Shown here one piece after another: positions 24,249 to 35,300 of a stretch of 64,000 nt of DNA (position 1 is its first letter; the number at the start of each line of letters is the position of its first letter). The DNA comes from Callorhinchus milii (taxonomy: Eukaryota). The translations under genes were made by a program, and so were the position numbers. The stretch lies in the NCBI RefSeq assembly GCF_018977255.1, contig NW_024704743.1, positions 115,198,001 to 115,262,000 of the forward strand, given 5' to 3'. Below the pieces are notes generated by a model. It saw only the letters and a program-made list of their open reading frames with translations. It ran no database searches and was not told where the DNA came from.

Positions 24249-24838
24249 CGGGACCACATCACTCCCACCCTCGCTCGCCTCCACTGGCTCCCCATCCCCC
24301 AGAGGATTGATTTCAAGATCCTCATCCTCACCTACAAGGCCATTCACGGCCTTGCTCCCTCCTACCTCTCCAACCTACTATCCCCTACCTATCTGCCCGT
24401 ACCCTCCGTTCCTCTGGCTCTGGTCTGCTCCACGTCCCCCGCCCCAACCGCCCTACCATCGGTGGTCGGGCCTTCAGCCTCTCAGCCCCCAAGCTCTGGA
24501 ACTCCATCCCCCAGTGCCTTCGCCTTGCTTCCTCCCTTTCCTCCTTCAAGGCCGGTCTCAAAACCTTTCTCTTTGACCGAGCCTTCAGCTCCCTCTCGAC
24601 TCTCTTCCCCCTCTTCGCTCCCTCCTTTCCCTCCCCTCACCCTGACCATTTCCCCCCTCCTCGCTCCCTCCCTTCCCTCCCCTCACCCTGACCATTTCCC
24701 CCCTCCTTGCTCCCTCCCTTCCCTCCCCCTGACCATTTCCCCCCTGCTCGGGTCATGACCCAACTGTGCAGCGCCTTGGGACGTCCTCCTGACGTGAAAG
24801 GCGCTTTATAAATGGAATCTTGTTGTTGTTGTTGTTGC
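24249..24838 (+). mobile_element. young L2 3' fragment, near-identical to 16158-16705 in opposite orientation
   Basis: By-eye alignment: only a handful of substitutions/indels plus one extra 3'UTR repeat unit. Confidence 0.93.
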
Positions 24839-25011
24839 TGTCACTGCTTCTGCCAGGATAGTCACTGTTAAAGTGCTATACTTCCGGGTTAATCCTTTTT
24901 CAATGAGGGAGCACGCCTTTTTCCTTGCTTTACTCCTGGTGTTACAATCACGGTAACCAGTGTCACACTTGTTTTGCCCCTCGACTAATCCTAGTGTTGC
25001 CTTCTGTTTAG

Positions 25012-25119
25012 TCAGGGTACACACCATTACACTTGGCTGCACAATCAGGACACGAGAACCTGGTTCGCCTTCTTCTGAACTATCCAGGGGTCCAGGTGGA
25101 TGCTCAAACCAACCTTCAG
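25012..25119 (+). CDS. trpn1: trpn1 exon w20 (SGYTPLHLAAQSGHENLVRLLLNYPGVQVDAQTNLQ)
   Basis: ctgtttag / CAG|gtgagt, 108 bp; not in ORF track. Confidence 0.93.
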
Positions 25120-26508
25120 GTGAGTAACCAACACTGCACAATGAAGATAAGATAGGTCAGATAAGCAAACACTCCCCTCTCTGGTAAAGGGATCCTGAAA
25201 AGGGGCACATGATCTCAACATTAGAGCAAAAATGGTGAGATTGGAAAACGTTTCACTAAACACAATACAAATTTACATTTATACAGTGCCTTTCAAGTTG
25301 GTAGTATGCCCCAAAGTGCTCAACAGAAGTTGGGGGTGGGACCCAAGGGCGGGGGTGGCGAGCTTGGGAATGATTGAAAGCACAATCAGATCTGGAAACA
25401 GACCTTGAATGAAGTGAGGGAGGGATTCCACGATGGTGTTCCAGAAGTCCAGGGCTGATGTGCCCCAGAAGGTCACAGATGCATCATCAATTGCGAAACT
25501 TAAACATGGAGATAAACAACTTGGAGTTACATCGCACCTTTCGCGAAAAAAATGAACATCTCAAAGTACTTGTCAGATATAATAGAACCCCTGCTATAAC
25601 CCATTTCATTATAACAAGGGTTTGCTTCAATGGATTCCAACATTTATTTACCAAAACATCCAAAGTATGGGCCATGGCCTGAAGGCCCATTCAGCTTTGT
25701 TAAGCACTTTGAGATGTCCTACTGTCATTACAAATGCTACATAAAAGTCCACCAATTTGTTCAAAAGAAACAGATGTGAATGACAGTGAGTGTCAGTTAC
25801 TCTGCAACATGTGTCTGCCAGATTCATCAGCACAGGCTAGTCAAGTGCTGAGAAAAATAAGTGCAGTGTCATTCATTAATTGTGGAAACACCCTGTCAAA
25901 GCAGAACCACTTGGTTCTGACTCAACTTCCCCATCACTGCCTTGTTGTTTTCTCTAAAAACCTTTATTTTGCACATTTTCTGTTTTTAAATGCGGAACTT
26001 TGCACGGAACTGCGGTGGCTTGTTGCTGAACAACGGAACACAGTTTAAAAACAAGGATGACCGGGAGGCGATAGGAAATCATTCCCATTGGAAAAGTCAG
26101 ACTGCCCGAAGTTGATGGTCAGGGACCACCACCCCCCCCCCCAGTGGGTTTCATCTGTTTTCAGTCAATGCTCAACAAATGTAATAATGACAATCATGGT
26201 GCATTCACCCACAATACACATAGTGACTGGAAGAAAAAATAATAATAATAATACATTGGTCACTCAATGTACGACTGTTTGTGGGATGCTGTGCGCAATT
26301 GGCTGCTGCGTTTCACCTACAAAATTTATAGTCAATTCACTTTACAGTATATTATGTGAAATGCTTTGAGACGTCTCGACGACATGATAAGGCAGTATAT
26401 CAAATGCAAGGATTATTATTATATTATTATATTAACTCAATAGTAAAGGAATTGCTCAGTGCGAATACTTCACGAAGCCTGGCGGTGCCTAATTGAATTG
26501 CTTTGCAG

Positions 26509-26706
26509 GGAGCCACCCCATTGCACCTGGCGTCTCAGAGCGGCCACACTCCGGTGGTCGGGCTCCTCCTGAGTAAATGCACCTCCCTGCTGCACCTGAA
26601 GGACAAGCGAGGCCGGACCTGCCTCCACCTGGCGGCCGCCAGCGGCCACATCGAGATGGTCAGAGCGCTGCTCGGACAGGGAGCTGAGATCAATGGCACG
26701 GACAAG
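26509..26706 (+). CDS. trpn1: trpn1 exon w21, two ankyrins (GATPLHLASQSGH...GQGAEINGTDK)
   Basis: ctttgcag / AAG|gtgggc, 198 bp. Confidence 0.94.
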
Positions 26707-27212
26707 GTGGGCACTGGGCGTTGTAGAATTCCTGGGCTGAAATTCCGGGCAGCGTTAAGAACAGCTAGTTTGTCCATGTTGGCCGGTAAAGGGATTTCCC
26801 CATTTTTATCGTGTGGGAGGACTGAGAAGAAACCTGCCTAATGTCTTTGAGTCTCAGCCCATTGCTCTCTCCGTTTCTCAAACTTTCTACCATCCTCTGT
26901 CTCTATGATTTCATCTCTCTATGTCTGTCTCTATCAGAAGGAAGGGAACAGAGTAGTGGGTGGGGGGGTGGTAAGGAGATGGGATTATGGAGACTGAAGA
27001 CTCGAGTGTGGAGTCTAAACACCAGCTTCCATTAGTCAGGTCCAGAGAAGGTCACTGGGGCAGGTTAGCTCCTCACCTCTCTCCTTTTCTCAACGGCTGA
27101 ACAGTTGCACAGAGCAGCAAGGGAGGGGGGGAAAAGATGGCAAAGGCAATGAAAATCAAAGAGGAGAGTCAAACTAATGCGATTCCCTCATGCTTTCCAA
27201 TTCTTTCTTCAG

Positions 27213-27419
27213 AACGGATGGTGCCCGCTGCATTTTGCGGCAAAGTCCGGTTGCCTGGATACTGTGCGGTTTCTGGTGGAGGGTGGAGCTTCGGCCAAGC
27301 TGGAGTGCAAGGAGGGTCGCACCCCGATCCAGTACGCAGCAGCCGAGCATCACCAGGAGGTGGTGAGCTTCCTGCTCAGAAGGAACAACATCACCCTTAA
27401 ATTGACAGAGGATCGCAAG
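27213..27419 (+). CDS. trpn1: trpn1 exon w22, last two ankyrins (NGWCPLHFAAKSG...LTEDRK)
   Basis: ttcttcag / AAG|gtgggt, 207 bp. Confidence 0.94.
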
Positions 27420-27442
27420 GTGGGTGCTGCCTATTTACGTGC

Positions 27443-27810
27443 TAGTTGTGTAGCTCAGTGGTCAGAGCACTCGCCTCGTAAGCGAGAGACCTGGGTTCGA
27501 TTCCCGAGCAGGGCAGAATGTTGGGCAAGTTTCCTTACTCTACACGCTTCTGTTTACCTGGTAGTAAGTAGGTACCCGGTTGCTAGTCAATTGGTGGATC
27601 ACTTTTCCGGGGGTAATCATTCCTTCAAAAAATAATCAATAAAAAATTGGTCACTTAATCCACGACTGTTTGTGGGACGCTGCTGTGTGCAATAGGCTGC
27701 AGTGTTTCTCCCACAAAATATACACATTACAGTATATTCTGTGAAGCGCTTTGAGACGTCTCGAAGACGTGATAAGGTTCTCTATCAAATGCAAGGATTA
27801 TTATTATTAC
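27443..27810 (+). mobile_element. full-length tRNA-derived SINE (long subtype)
   Basis: GTAGCTCAGTGGTCAGAGC A box, GGTTCGATTCC B box, body and (ATT)n tail; starts ~23 nt after the exon w22 donor. Confidence 0.88.
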
Positions 27811-28281
27811 ATCATTAATAGGCGCGAACCTGACCCCATCAGTAACGTTCTTGCCTCTGAGTTAGAAGGGTATGGCTTCGATCTCACAGTCAGGGCTGTT
27901 GTTCCACTTCAGTGGTGGGGAGGTGGGGTTGGTGGGTAGTGTTGCATTGTCAAAGATGTCCATTCTTCGAATGAGATGTTGGAAAAGTAATACATGGGGA
28001 GCCAATACAATAAAAATTTACATAGCGCCTTTCACATCAGTAGGACATCCCGAGGTGCTTTAATGATAATATCTTGGCACCTGAGCTGGGGGTGGGAGCT
28101 AAGGGTGTGGGGAGGAGAAAGATCACCAAAGACACAGTCAAAGAGGTGGGTCTTGAGTCGGAGGGACTGTGATGGTTCCTGAGAGTGGGAAAGAGACAGG
28201 CAGAGGGAAGATGAGTGGGGAGAGATAGGCAAAGGAAAGGGAAACAACACCAAGAGGATTTAATGCCACCTTTCCTTTCAG

Positions 28282-29653
28282 TTCATCTTCGACCTCATGG
28301 TGTGCGGAAAGCTGAACGGCAACAGGGTCATCGAGGAATTTGTGCTGCACTCCCCCGCCCCCCTGGACACCGCCGTCAAGCTGTCCAGGGCCTTCGATGT
28401 GGCGGCCCTGAGGGAGAAGGACAGGTCCATGGAGCTGCTCAACGCTGCCAAATACTGTGAGGGTATGGCCACCGAGCTCCTGACTGTGGCCTCAGGGAGC
28501 AAGAGCGCTGGCTACCTGCTGCGTGCCGTGGACCACCGCACCACATCCCTGCTGGACGCCTTGATCGAGTGCGAGCAGAAGGAGGTGGTGGCTCACCCGG
28601 TCGTGCAGAAGTATCTGACCGATGTGTGGTATGGGAGCCTGCACTGGGCCCACTGGAAAGTAGTCCTCCTTTTCTTCTCCTTTCTGGTCTGCCCACCCAT
28701 CTGGCTGGTCTTCTCTCTGCCGTTGGGGCACAGGTTCACCAAGATCCCCATCGTGAAGTTCATGAGCCACCTGGTCTCTCATGTCTTCCTGCTGCTGCTC
28801 TTTGTGGTCACCGTGGTGTACCCACCCCTCAGCCCCGTCCACCAAGGCCGTGCCTTGCCTCGCTGGAATGAGTGGCTCCTGCTGGCTTGGCTCTCGGGGA
28901 TGCTGGTGTCTGAGCTGACCCACCCCGGGGAAAGGGCCGGGCTGGCCTGGATCAGGGTCTTCATCCTCGGCCTCTCCGCTGTGGCTGTCTTCTGCCATCT
29001 GCTGACCTTCGCCTTGCGGGGCCACGACCGGCTGCACTGCTTCTTCGCCCGGAACATTTTCCTGGCCACTGCCATGACCCTGTGCTTCATCCAGTTCCTG
29101 GAGTTCCTCACCTTCCATCACCTCTTCGGCCCCTGGGCCATCATCATCCGGGACCTGATGAAGGACATGGCCAGGTTTGTGGTCATCCTGGCTCTGTTCC
29201 ACGTGGCCTTCACCATGCAACTGACGGCTGTCTACCAGCCAGTCTATCCTGAGCCCCAGCCCGACCCCTCGGCTGGGAACAGGACGGAGTCCGAAGTGGG
29301 TGTTCACAGTATCCGGAGCCCGCTGGACATCACCGTGCTGCTCTTCTTCGCCCTGTTCGGGATGGTTGACCCAGATTCCCTGCCGCCGCTGGACCGCGCT
29401 CCAGCCTTCAGTCACGTCATTGTAAGGGTGGTGTTCGGCATGTACCTGGTGGTCAGCCTAATTGTGCTCATTAACCTGCTCATTGCCATGATGAGTGACA
29501 CTTACCAGCGCATCCAGGCCCAGTCCGACACCGAGTGGAAGTTTGGCCGGGCCACGCTGATCCGGGACATGGTCAGGAAATCCAGCACGCCATCCCCGTT
29601 CAACCTGTGCACCAACCTGTTCTACTACACCAAACTGCTGTGCAAGCACAAGG
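28282..29653 (+). CDS. trpn1: trpn1 exon w23: linker helices, S1-S6, pore and TRP box
   Basis: cctttcag / AAGG|gtgagt, 1,372 bp ending in phase 1; corresponds to ORF 28297..29679; several hydrophobic segments, EWKFGR TRP box. Confidence 0.96.
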
Positions 29654-31100
29654 GTGAGTCCTCGGGCTCATCGAGGTGAAACGGGCAAGAGAGAGGTCTT
29701 CCTTGTTGAACGGTCTAACGGTTTTGGGTGCTGGCCAGCCTCACGTTTAATGCGCTTGTTCAATTTTGCAATATTTCTTAATGCATTTCGTAATTAAGAA
29801 ATCCAAGCTGGAACTCCAATTGTGACTATAAATGTGACTAAAACATACACTCCCCAGGGAGCCTGTCTTGTCCTTTCTCCTTTTCCCTCTTGTTTGGTCT
29901 CCCTCTTGCTGAGGTACAGTTCCTTGGGCACCAAGTCACTTCCAGTGCCTGACCCCAAAGTCCCCATTACTCTTAATAGAGTGAAGGCACTGAGAGTCAG
30001 TTGCTTCTTATTGGATGGTGGGAGTTGGTTGTTTCACAGCTGAGTCAATCTGATTCTCACCATCTAAACACCATCTAGCCTGCCTGAGATCCCACCTCAT
30101 CTAATTTTGCTCAGACAGGATTGAAACCTGGACCTTCTGGTTTTATATAGATTAGAGTTGATCTGGGGGGAATGAGAGGTATGGAATTTATCCAGGTCCT
30201 GATGGGGGCAGATGATATCTAGGTTGATTCTCCAGTACAGTGGTGGAAGAACGTGCTGCATTGTTGGACATGAATTCTTTTGGATGAGATGTTTAACTTG
30301 TCTGGTTGCTCTTCAAGTGAATGTTATGGATCGTATTAGACTATTGGAATAGAGAAAGGAGTTTCTGGCCTCCAGATTAATCAGTCAGTCACCTCACATC
30401 TGTTTGTGTACAAAATTGCTGCCATATTTGCTTATAAAAAAGATCACTGCCCTTGAGAGCAATCACTATCAAGTACTTTGAGACTTGAGTGTGATAAAAT
30501 GCTATAAAAATGAAAGTTTTTTTCGTTCTGCTGTTGTGTGGGGAGAAAATATTCAGATGTGCTTTCTTGTTAGCGAGACTACAGACACTGGGAAGGATGA
30601 GGTCATATGAACTGAAGGGCCTTCTTCCTCTGAACTCTAGTTCACACCAAAACTTAACTGTGTTAACTTAACTGGCCAGTACTGTGTAAACAGATGTCAG
30701 CCTGGATCAGTTAGTAACACTCTCGCCTCTGAGTTAGAAGTCCTACATTGGACTTTCAGCTCATAAAATAGGCTGACATTCCAATCACAGTACCAGGTGG
30801 TAAATGTTAAATGTTCCTGTCTAATCAAGTGGATGTTAAAGATCTCTTGACAATATTTGAAAAGAGAAGAGACTTTTTCCCAGTTCCCTGACCAACAATC
30901 CCCCAGATAAAAGTGTTGGGACATTGCTGTGACAAATTGACTGCCAACAAAATGCACAGTAAATCCTGTGAAGTACTTTGAGACATTCTTCTGAGGTGAA
31001 AGGCCCAATATTAAATTCAAGCTTTATAATTAGGTCAATGAGTGTTGGTGCAAACTCTGAATGATAGCTCAACCGTCTTGTCATTTTGATCGAGTGAGAC

Positions 31101-31116
31101 AGCGCCACCTAGTGGC
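31101..31116 (-). promoter_or_regulatory. CTCF-like motif (reverse)
   Basis: AGCGCCACCTAGTGGC; reverse complement GCCACTAGGTGGCGCT. Confidence 0.55.
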
Positions 31117-32285
31117 GATTTACTGGTTGGAAACGCTCACTGGTTCAAATCCTGGTCCTTGTTGAGTTTCCTGGTCTCAACCAGAGATGTATGGGAACAC
31201 TAAATTGAACCCAACCATCTCAGAGTTAGGGAGGGGAAAACTCACCAGGCTTCCTGCTACTGGTGCCTCTGTAGTACCCTCCACTGGTTGCATCCGTCTG
31301 TGGCAACCGGGTGGGGAGAGGTCAGGCTCAGCTGTGATGCCCTTCACATTGGAGTGGCCCTGTTGACACTCACTGCCAAAGCTCACATATGAACAATGGC
31401 CGCTGCTTTCCCTTTTGCCAATCCCTAATAGACGGGCAGGAATCTCAGTTTAACTTCTCATCCGAAGGAAGGCACCTCTGAATTGCAGTGGATCCCTAAA
31501 CATAAGCTAAGGTAGCACTTCCCTTGCGTTACACTTATACTGGAGTGTTAACCTGAATTGTGGTTGTGATCCCATTGTGGCTGATTGTTATACAGTTAAA
31601 GGCATTGTTATTGGTGGATTTAAAATGGTTTGTTTGGCAGCTTCAATTATTATATCTTCCCCATAGAATGGGGAAGATATAATAATTTTTGCACTCGATG
31701 TAGCGAGTTCTCACGTCTTCGAGACGTCTCAAAGCCCTTCACAGAATATACTGTAAAGTGAATTGACTGTATATTTTGTGGGAGAAACGCTTGCTAAAAG
31801 CCAAACCGCCAAGGGCGGAGCAGGGGACACAAAGCAGGCCAGGAATCTTGATTTGAAAGTGATTTTCTGCAGTATAGACACTGCGGCGTGAAATTGGCTG
31901 CTGCGTTTCTTCCACAAAATACACAATCGATCCACTTTACAGTATATTCTGCAAAGCGCTTTAAGACGTCTCAACGATGTGATAAAGCGTTATATCAAAC
32001 GCAACGATTATTATTATTGTCTTAATTGGTAGTACTCTCGCCACTGGGCTTAAAGTTTGCAAAATTAAAAAAAATGCTTAACTCAGGGTAAAAGCACTGA
32101 AACCTGGAAAAGGGCAAACCACTTAACCTGGAGTGAGTGAGAGAATGAATGGTCCTGTCCCCTGGTGGTTGATTTATATGAGATTGCCTCCTGACCTGAC
32201 AGACGCTGTATAAATGCACTGTATTGGTATCAGCGTGAGATAAGTAATGCCACAAACGTTACCCCAATATTGTTGTGGTTTTCAG

Positions 32286-32435
32286 GGAAGCTGTGCTCCA
32301 CCGAGGGCCGGGACCTGATGAATGAAGATGACGGCCTTGATGCCATCTCAGACACCCACTCCATTGACATGCTGGCACACACATCGGTCGGTTGGATAAG
32401 GAACACTTCAAAGACAACACAAGTCTCTCCAGAAG
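32286..32435 (+). CDS. trpn1: trpn1 exon w24 ((G)KLCSTEGRDLMNEDD...TQVSPE)
   Basis: gttttcag / GAAG|gtagca, 150 bp, phase 1-1, continues frame. Confidence 0.85.
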
Positions 32436-32737
32436 GTAGCAAAGCAAGATTTCCTTCACATGGAAATCCCAGGGCTGATCACCTGCCAAATTGGAAGGGA
32501 ACGTGTTTTGAGATCTTTGTATCCATATGCACCATTGGGTCTATCTTGCATCAATTGCTGAAATCAGCAAACTGGCTCAGTTGGTAGCACCCTCTGGGTC
32601 AGAGGGTTGTGGGATCCAGACCTTTTAGTCGAAGATGACACTAGTGAATACTGGGGACAGTTCAGAGTCTTTAGACCCAGATCAGAGTCAGCTGAATGTT
32701 AAAAATCCCATGGCATCATTCCAAAGTCATCCAAATA

Positions 32738-33088
32738 ATTAATAATAATCCTTCCATTTGATATAGTACCCTATCATGTCGCTGAGATGTCTCACACTTC
32801 TTCATAGATTAAAAATGGATCGACTGTATTTTGAGGGCAAAACCCGCAGAAAATTATGCACAGCAATGTCCCATGAACAGTCGTGGATTGAATGACTTTT
32901 TTTAGGGATTTTTACACCTGGAAAGTGATCCTCCGATCAACTAATAAGTGGGTTCCTACTTACTACTAGATAAACAGAGACGTGTAGATTAATGAAAATT
33001 GCCTAAGGCTTTTACCCCACCCGGGAATTGAACCCATGTCCTCTCACTTACGAGGCAAGTGCTCTAACCACGACACTCCGAGACTCCA
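32738..33088 (-). mobile_element. full-length tRNA-derived SINE (long subtype)
   Basis: Reverse-strand head, body and tail. Confidence 0.8.
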
Positions 33089-33377
33089 CTTATACACGGA
33101 AATCCATGTAAGTCAGTCCCTACTGAAAACATTATGGAAGCACCATCACCACAAGAACAGTGGTTTAAAGAGAGCATCTTCTTAGGGCAACGAGAGATAG
33201 GCAGCAATAGCTAGTCCCTTCAGCTTTGACCATGTCTAGAGACAGATTTAAAAGAAAAATCACTGTTTCCTCGACCTTGCTGGTAGAAATCATTTGCTTA
33301 CAAACTATACAGTCTCTAACCATGATACCAATTTACGGCCGCAACCACCCCCAATAAATTTTCTTCTCTCTCTGTAG

Positions 33378-33586
33378 GTGGATTCTTGCATAACCTGCGC
33401 CATAATGGTTCGACAAAGATCGAGGATGTGATTGACTGGCATAGTGTGGCACTCCGTTACCTAACCATGAAGGGCCGGACTGACGTTGTGTTGGAAAGGC
33501 ATTCCTCCCAGTACGATGAGGCAAACAGCGCAGGGCACTTTGCTGTGCTAGTGCGATCCAAGCTTCTGAATGGTTTATCCATGTAG
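33378..33586 (+). CDS. trpn1: trpn1 terminal coding exon w25 ((G)GFLHNLRH...KIEDVIDWHSV...GLSM*)
   Basis: tctctgtag acceptor, phase fits w24, IEDVIDW resembles the NOMPC C-terminal motif, TAG at 33584-33586. Confidence 0.85.
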
Positions 33587-33619
33587 AGAATGGGGTAATG
33601 GTGATGGCCCACTGGAAAG

Positions 33620-33625
33620 AATAAA
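33620..33625 (+). terminator. candidate proximal polyA signal AATAAA
   Basis: AATAAA 33 nt after the trpn1 stop codon. Confidence 0.3.
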
Positions 33626-34989
33626 GGACCCATTTTATACGATGAGAGAGAGAGCTGACAGAGCTGTTAAAGTTGATCAAATCAAATCTTTGTGCTCACT
33701 GACTCTGTGAGTAATGGGAAATGGCACAGTTTGATGCTTCAGATGGCAGAGTGTCAATTAACTGGAGGGCTCTTCAATAACCTTAAGCACTGCCTTCTAC
33801 TGCCAGCTGCATAGTCTCTTTTCAGTCTGTCATTGCCATTCACTGTTCATGGGTTACAGCGTGGACTTCGAGCTAATTGTTATCGTCACAAACCAGAGGA
33901 GGAACGAAGACCATCAACAATGTTATGAAGCCCAGGAGACAGTGACATACATACATGTTCTCTCCCCTCTGTTCAGGCTAACCTTCTGTTTGGCTTCACT
34001 AGTGCTTCTTGAGTTCATCTTTCTCAAATAGGCATAGCGATCACTCCTGCCAACATCTTGACCAGAAGATAAGCCCTACTTACTTTATTGCACAAACCCA
34101 TTTCAAGAGACGGTGGGGAGGGGAGTGTGAGAGCCTGAGTGGAAAATGAAATAACTTGCTGTTTTGACCTTTGGTTTTAGGATTAGCAAATCTCTAACGT
34201 GAAGAATGAGTCGTTAACACTCAATTTCGACATAAACTGCCAGTTTGCTTCAAGACAGTTTATAGAAAGTGAACAGACTTCAAGTGCTGTGAAATGATAT
34301 GTCAAGCAGTAGCCCTGGACTCGCCAAACAAGTTGATTATGAGAGAACTTGGCACAGGAACGTCTACAGTGGTACCAACAGACTTGTAATACTGCCTCCC
34401 ACCTGCCTTCAAATGCATGCAAAATGCACTCATTATACTGCCCAGCAGGCCCCAAAGAAGGAAACAAGACACAAAAGCCTCACATGTGCAACCTTCTTGA
34501 GGCGGACGCTCAAAGACATCCTAAAGGTACAATTTGCACCGGTGGCATGATCACAGGTCGGATTTTTACCCCCCTTCACCCTCCAAATCATAAATTAGAA
34601 ATGGATCGAGTGGAAGTGGGGAGCGAAGTTGGTTCAAATGGAGATGCCTAATAAAAAGCAGGAAAGCCCAGAGTAATCCATGACAGGCTTGAATATGCGC
34701 AAGCCAAACCCTGTGAGCCAGGCTGGTCCTAGTAGACTGATACTGTTCCGTGTGGTTAGTTACCTGTTGTCTTTTTCTCTCTTTTAAGATCTTTTGACTG
34801 TGAAATCAAAAGCTCTCACATTGGGTTCTCAAGGGATTTGGAATGGAATCATTAATAATAAATGGGTCCACTTGCAGTAACCTCTTGACGAGTGTCATGC
34901 TAACTGGTAGGAACTCTGATCCCAACGAAAATCACACTGTAGTAGTTCTGAATGTGAAGGAAAGGCCTCAAATGAAGAGACTTGGTGCC

Positions 34990-35257
34990 TCACAGTGTGC
35001 TGTCTTTAAGATTCTAAAGAGACAAGACAATATAAATCGTGACAGGCTGTTTCAACTAGTCCAGAATAGTAAAACCAGAGGACACGGCCTTCAATTGAAG
35101 GGCAAATTCAGAACAAATCTACGGGAACACTATTTCACTGAGCGAATAGTAAACCTGCATTTCTTTTAGGAAATAACATTATGGGATATAGTACATAGGT
35201 AGTTCGGGGCATATGTGCATGCGACTGCCAGGAAGGTGGAAGGCGAACTAGATGGAT

Positions 35258-35291
<34 letters not shown>

Positions 35292-35300
35292 TTATGTGAG
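34990..35300 (+). mobile_element. CR1 3' fragment in presumptive 3'UTR
   Basis: FKILK...TRGHGLQLKGKFRTNLREHYFTERIVN; ttcttatgttcttatg tail. Confidence 0.75.

Larger units (their letters stand above)
5021..33586 (+). other. trpn1: trpn1 (NOMPC-like TRP channel) gene, 5'-partial, 25 coding exons in window, 1,527 aa spliced
   Basis: Hand-spliced GT-AG exons give one open frame: 27 ankyrin repeats, then FIFDLMVCGK...SPAPLDTAVKLS, FLTFHHLFGPWAIII, pore LFFALFG, LINLLIAMMSDTYQRIQAQSDTEWKFGR, collinear with NOMPC/TRPN1 as I recall it. Confidence 0.96.

Noticed and set aside
28492..29415. 307-aa antisense ORF
   Set aside because: Shadow ORF of the GC3-rich trpn1 exon, with no independent features
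5021..33586. Alternative calls TRPA1, ankyrin or TRPC
   Set aside because: 27 or more ankyrin repeats, a TRP box and NOMPC-specific motifs (LHMPNK, RVDVFD, FHHLFGPWAII) fit only TRPN
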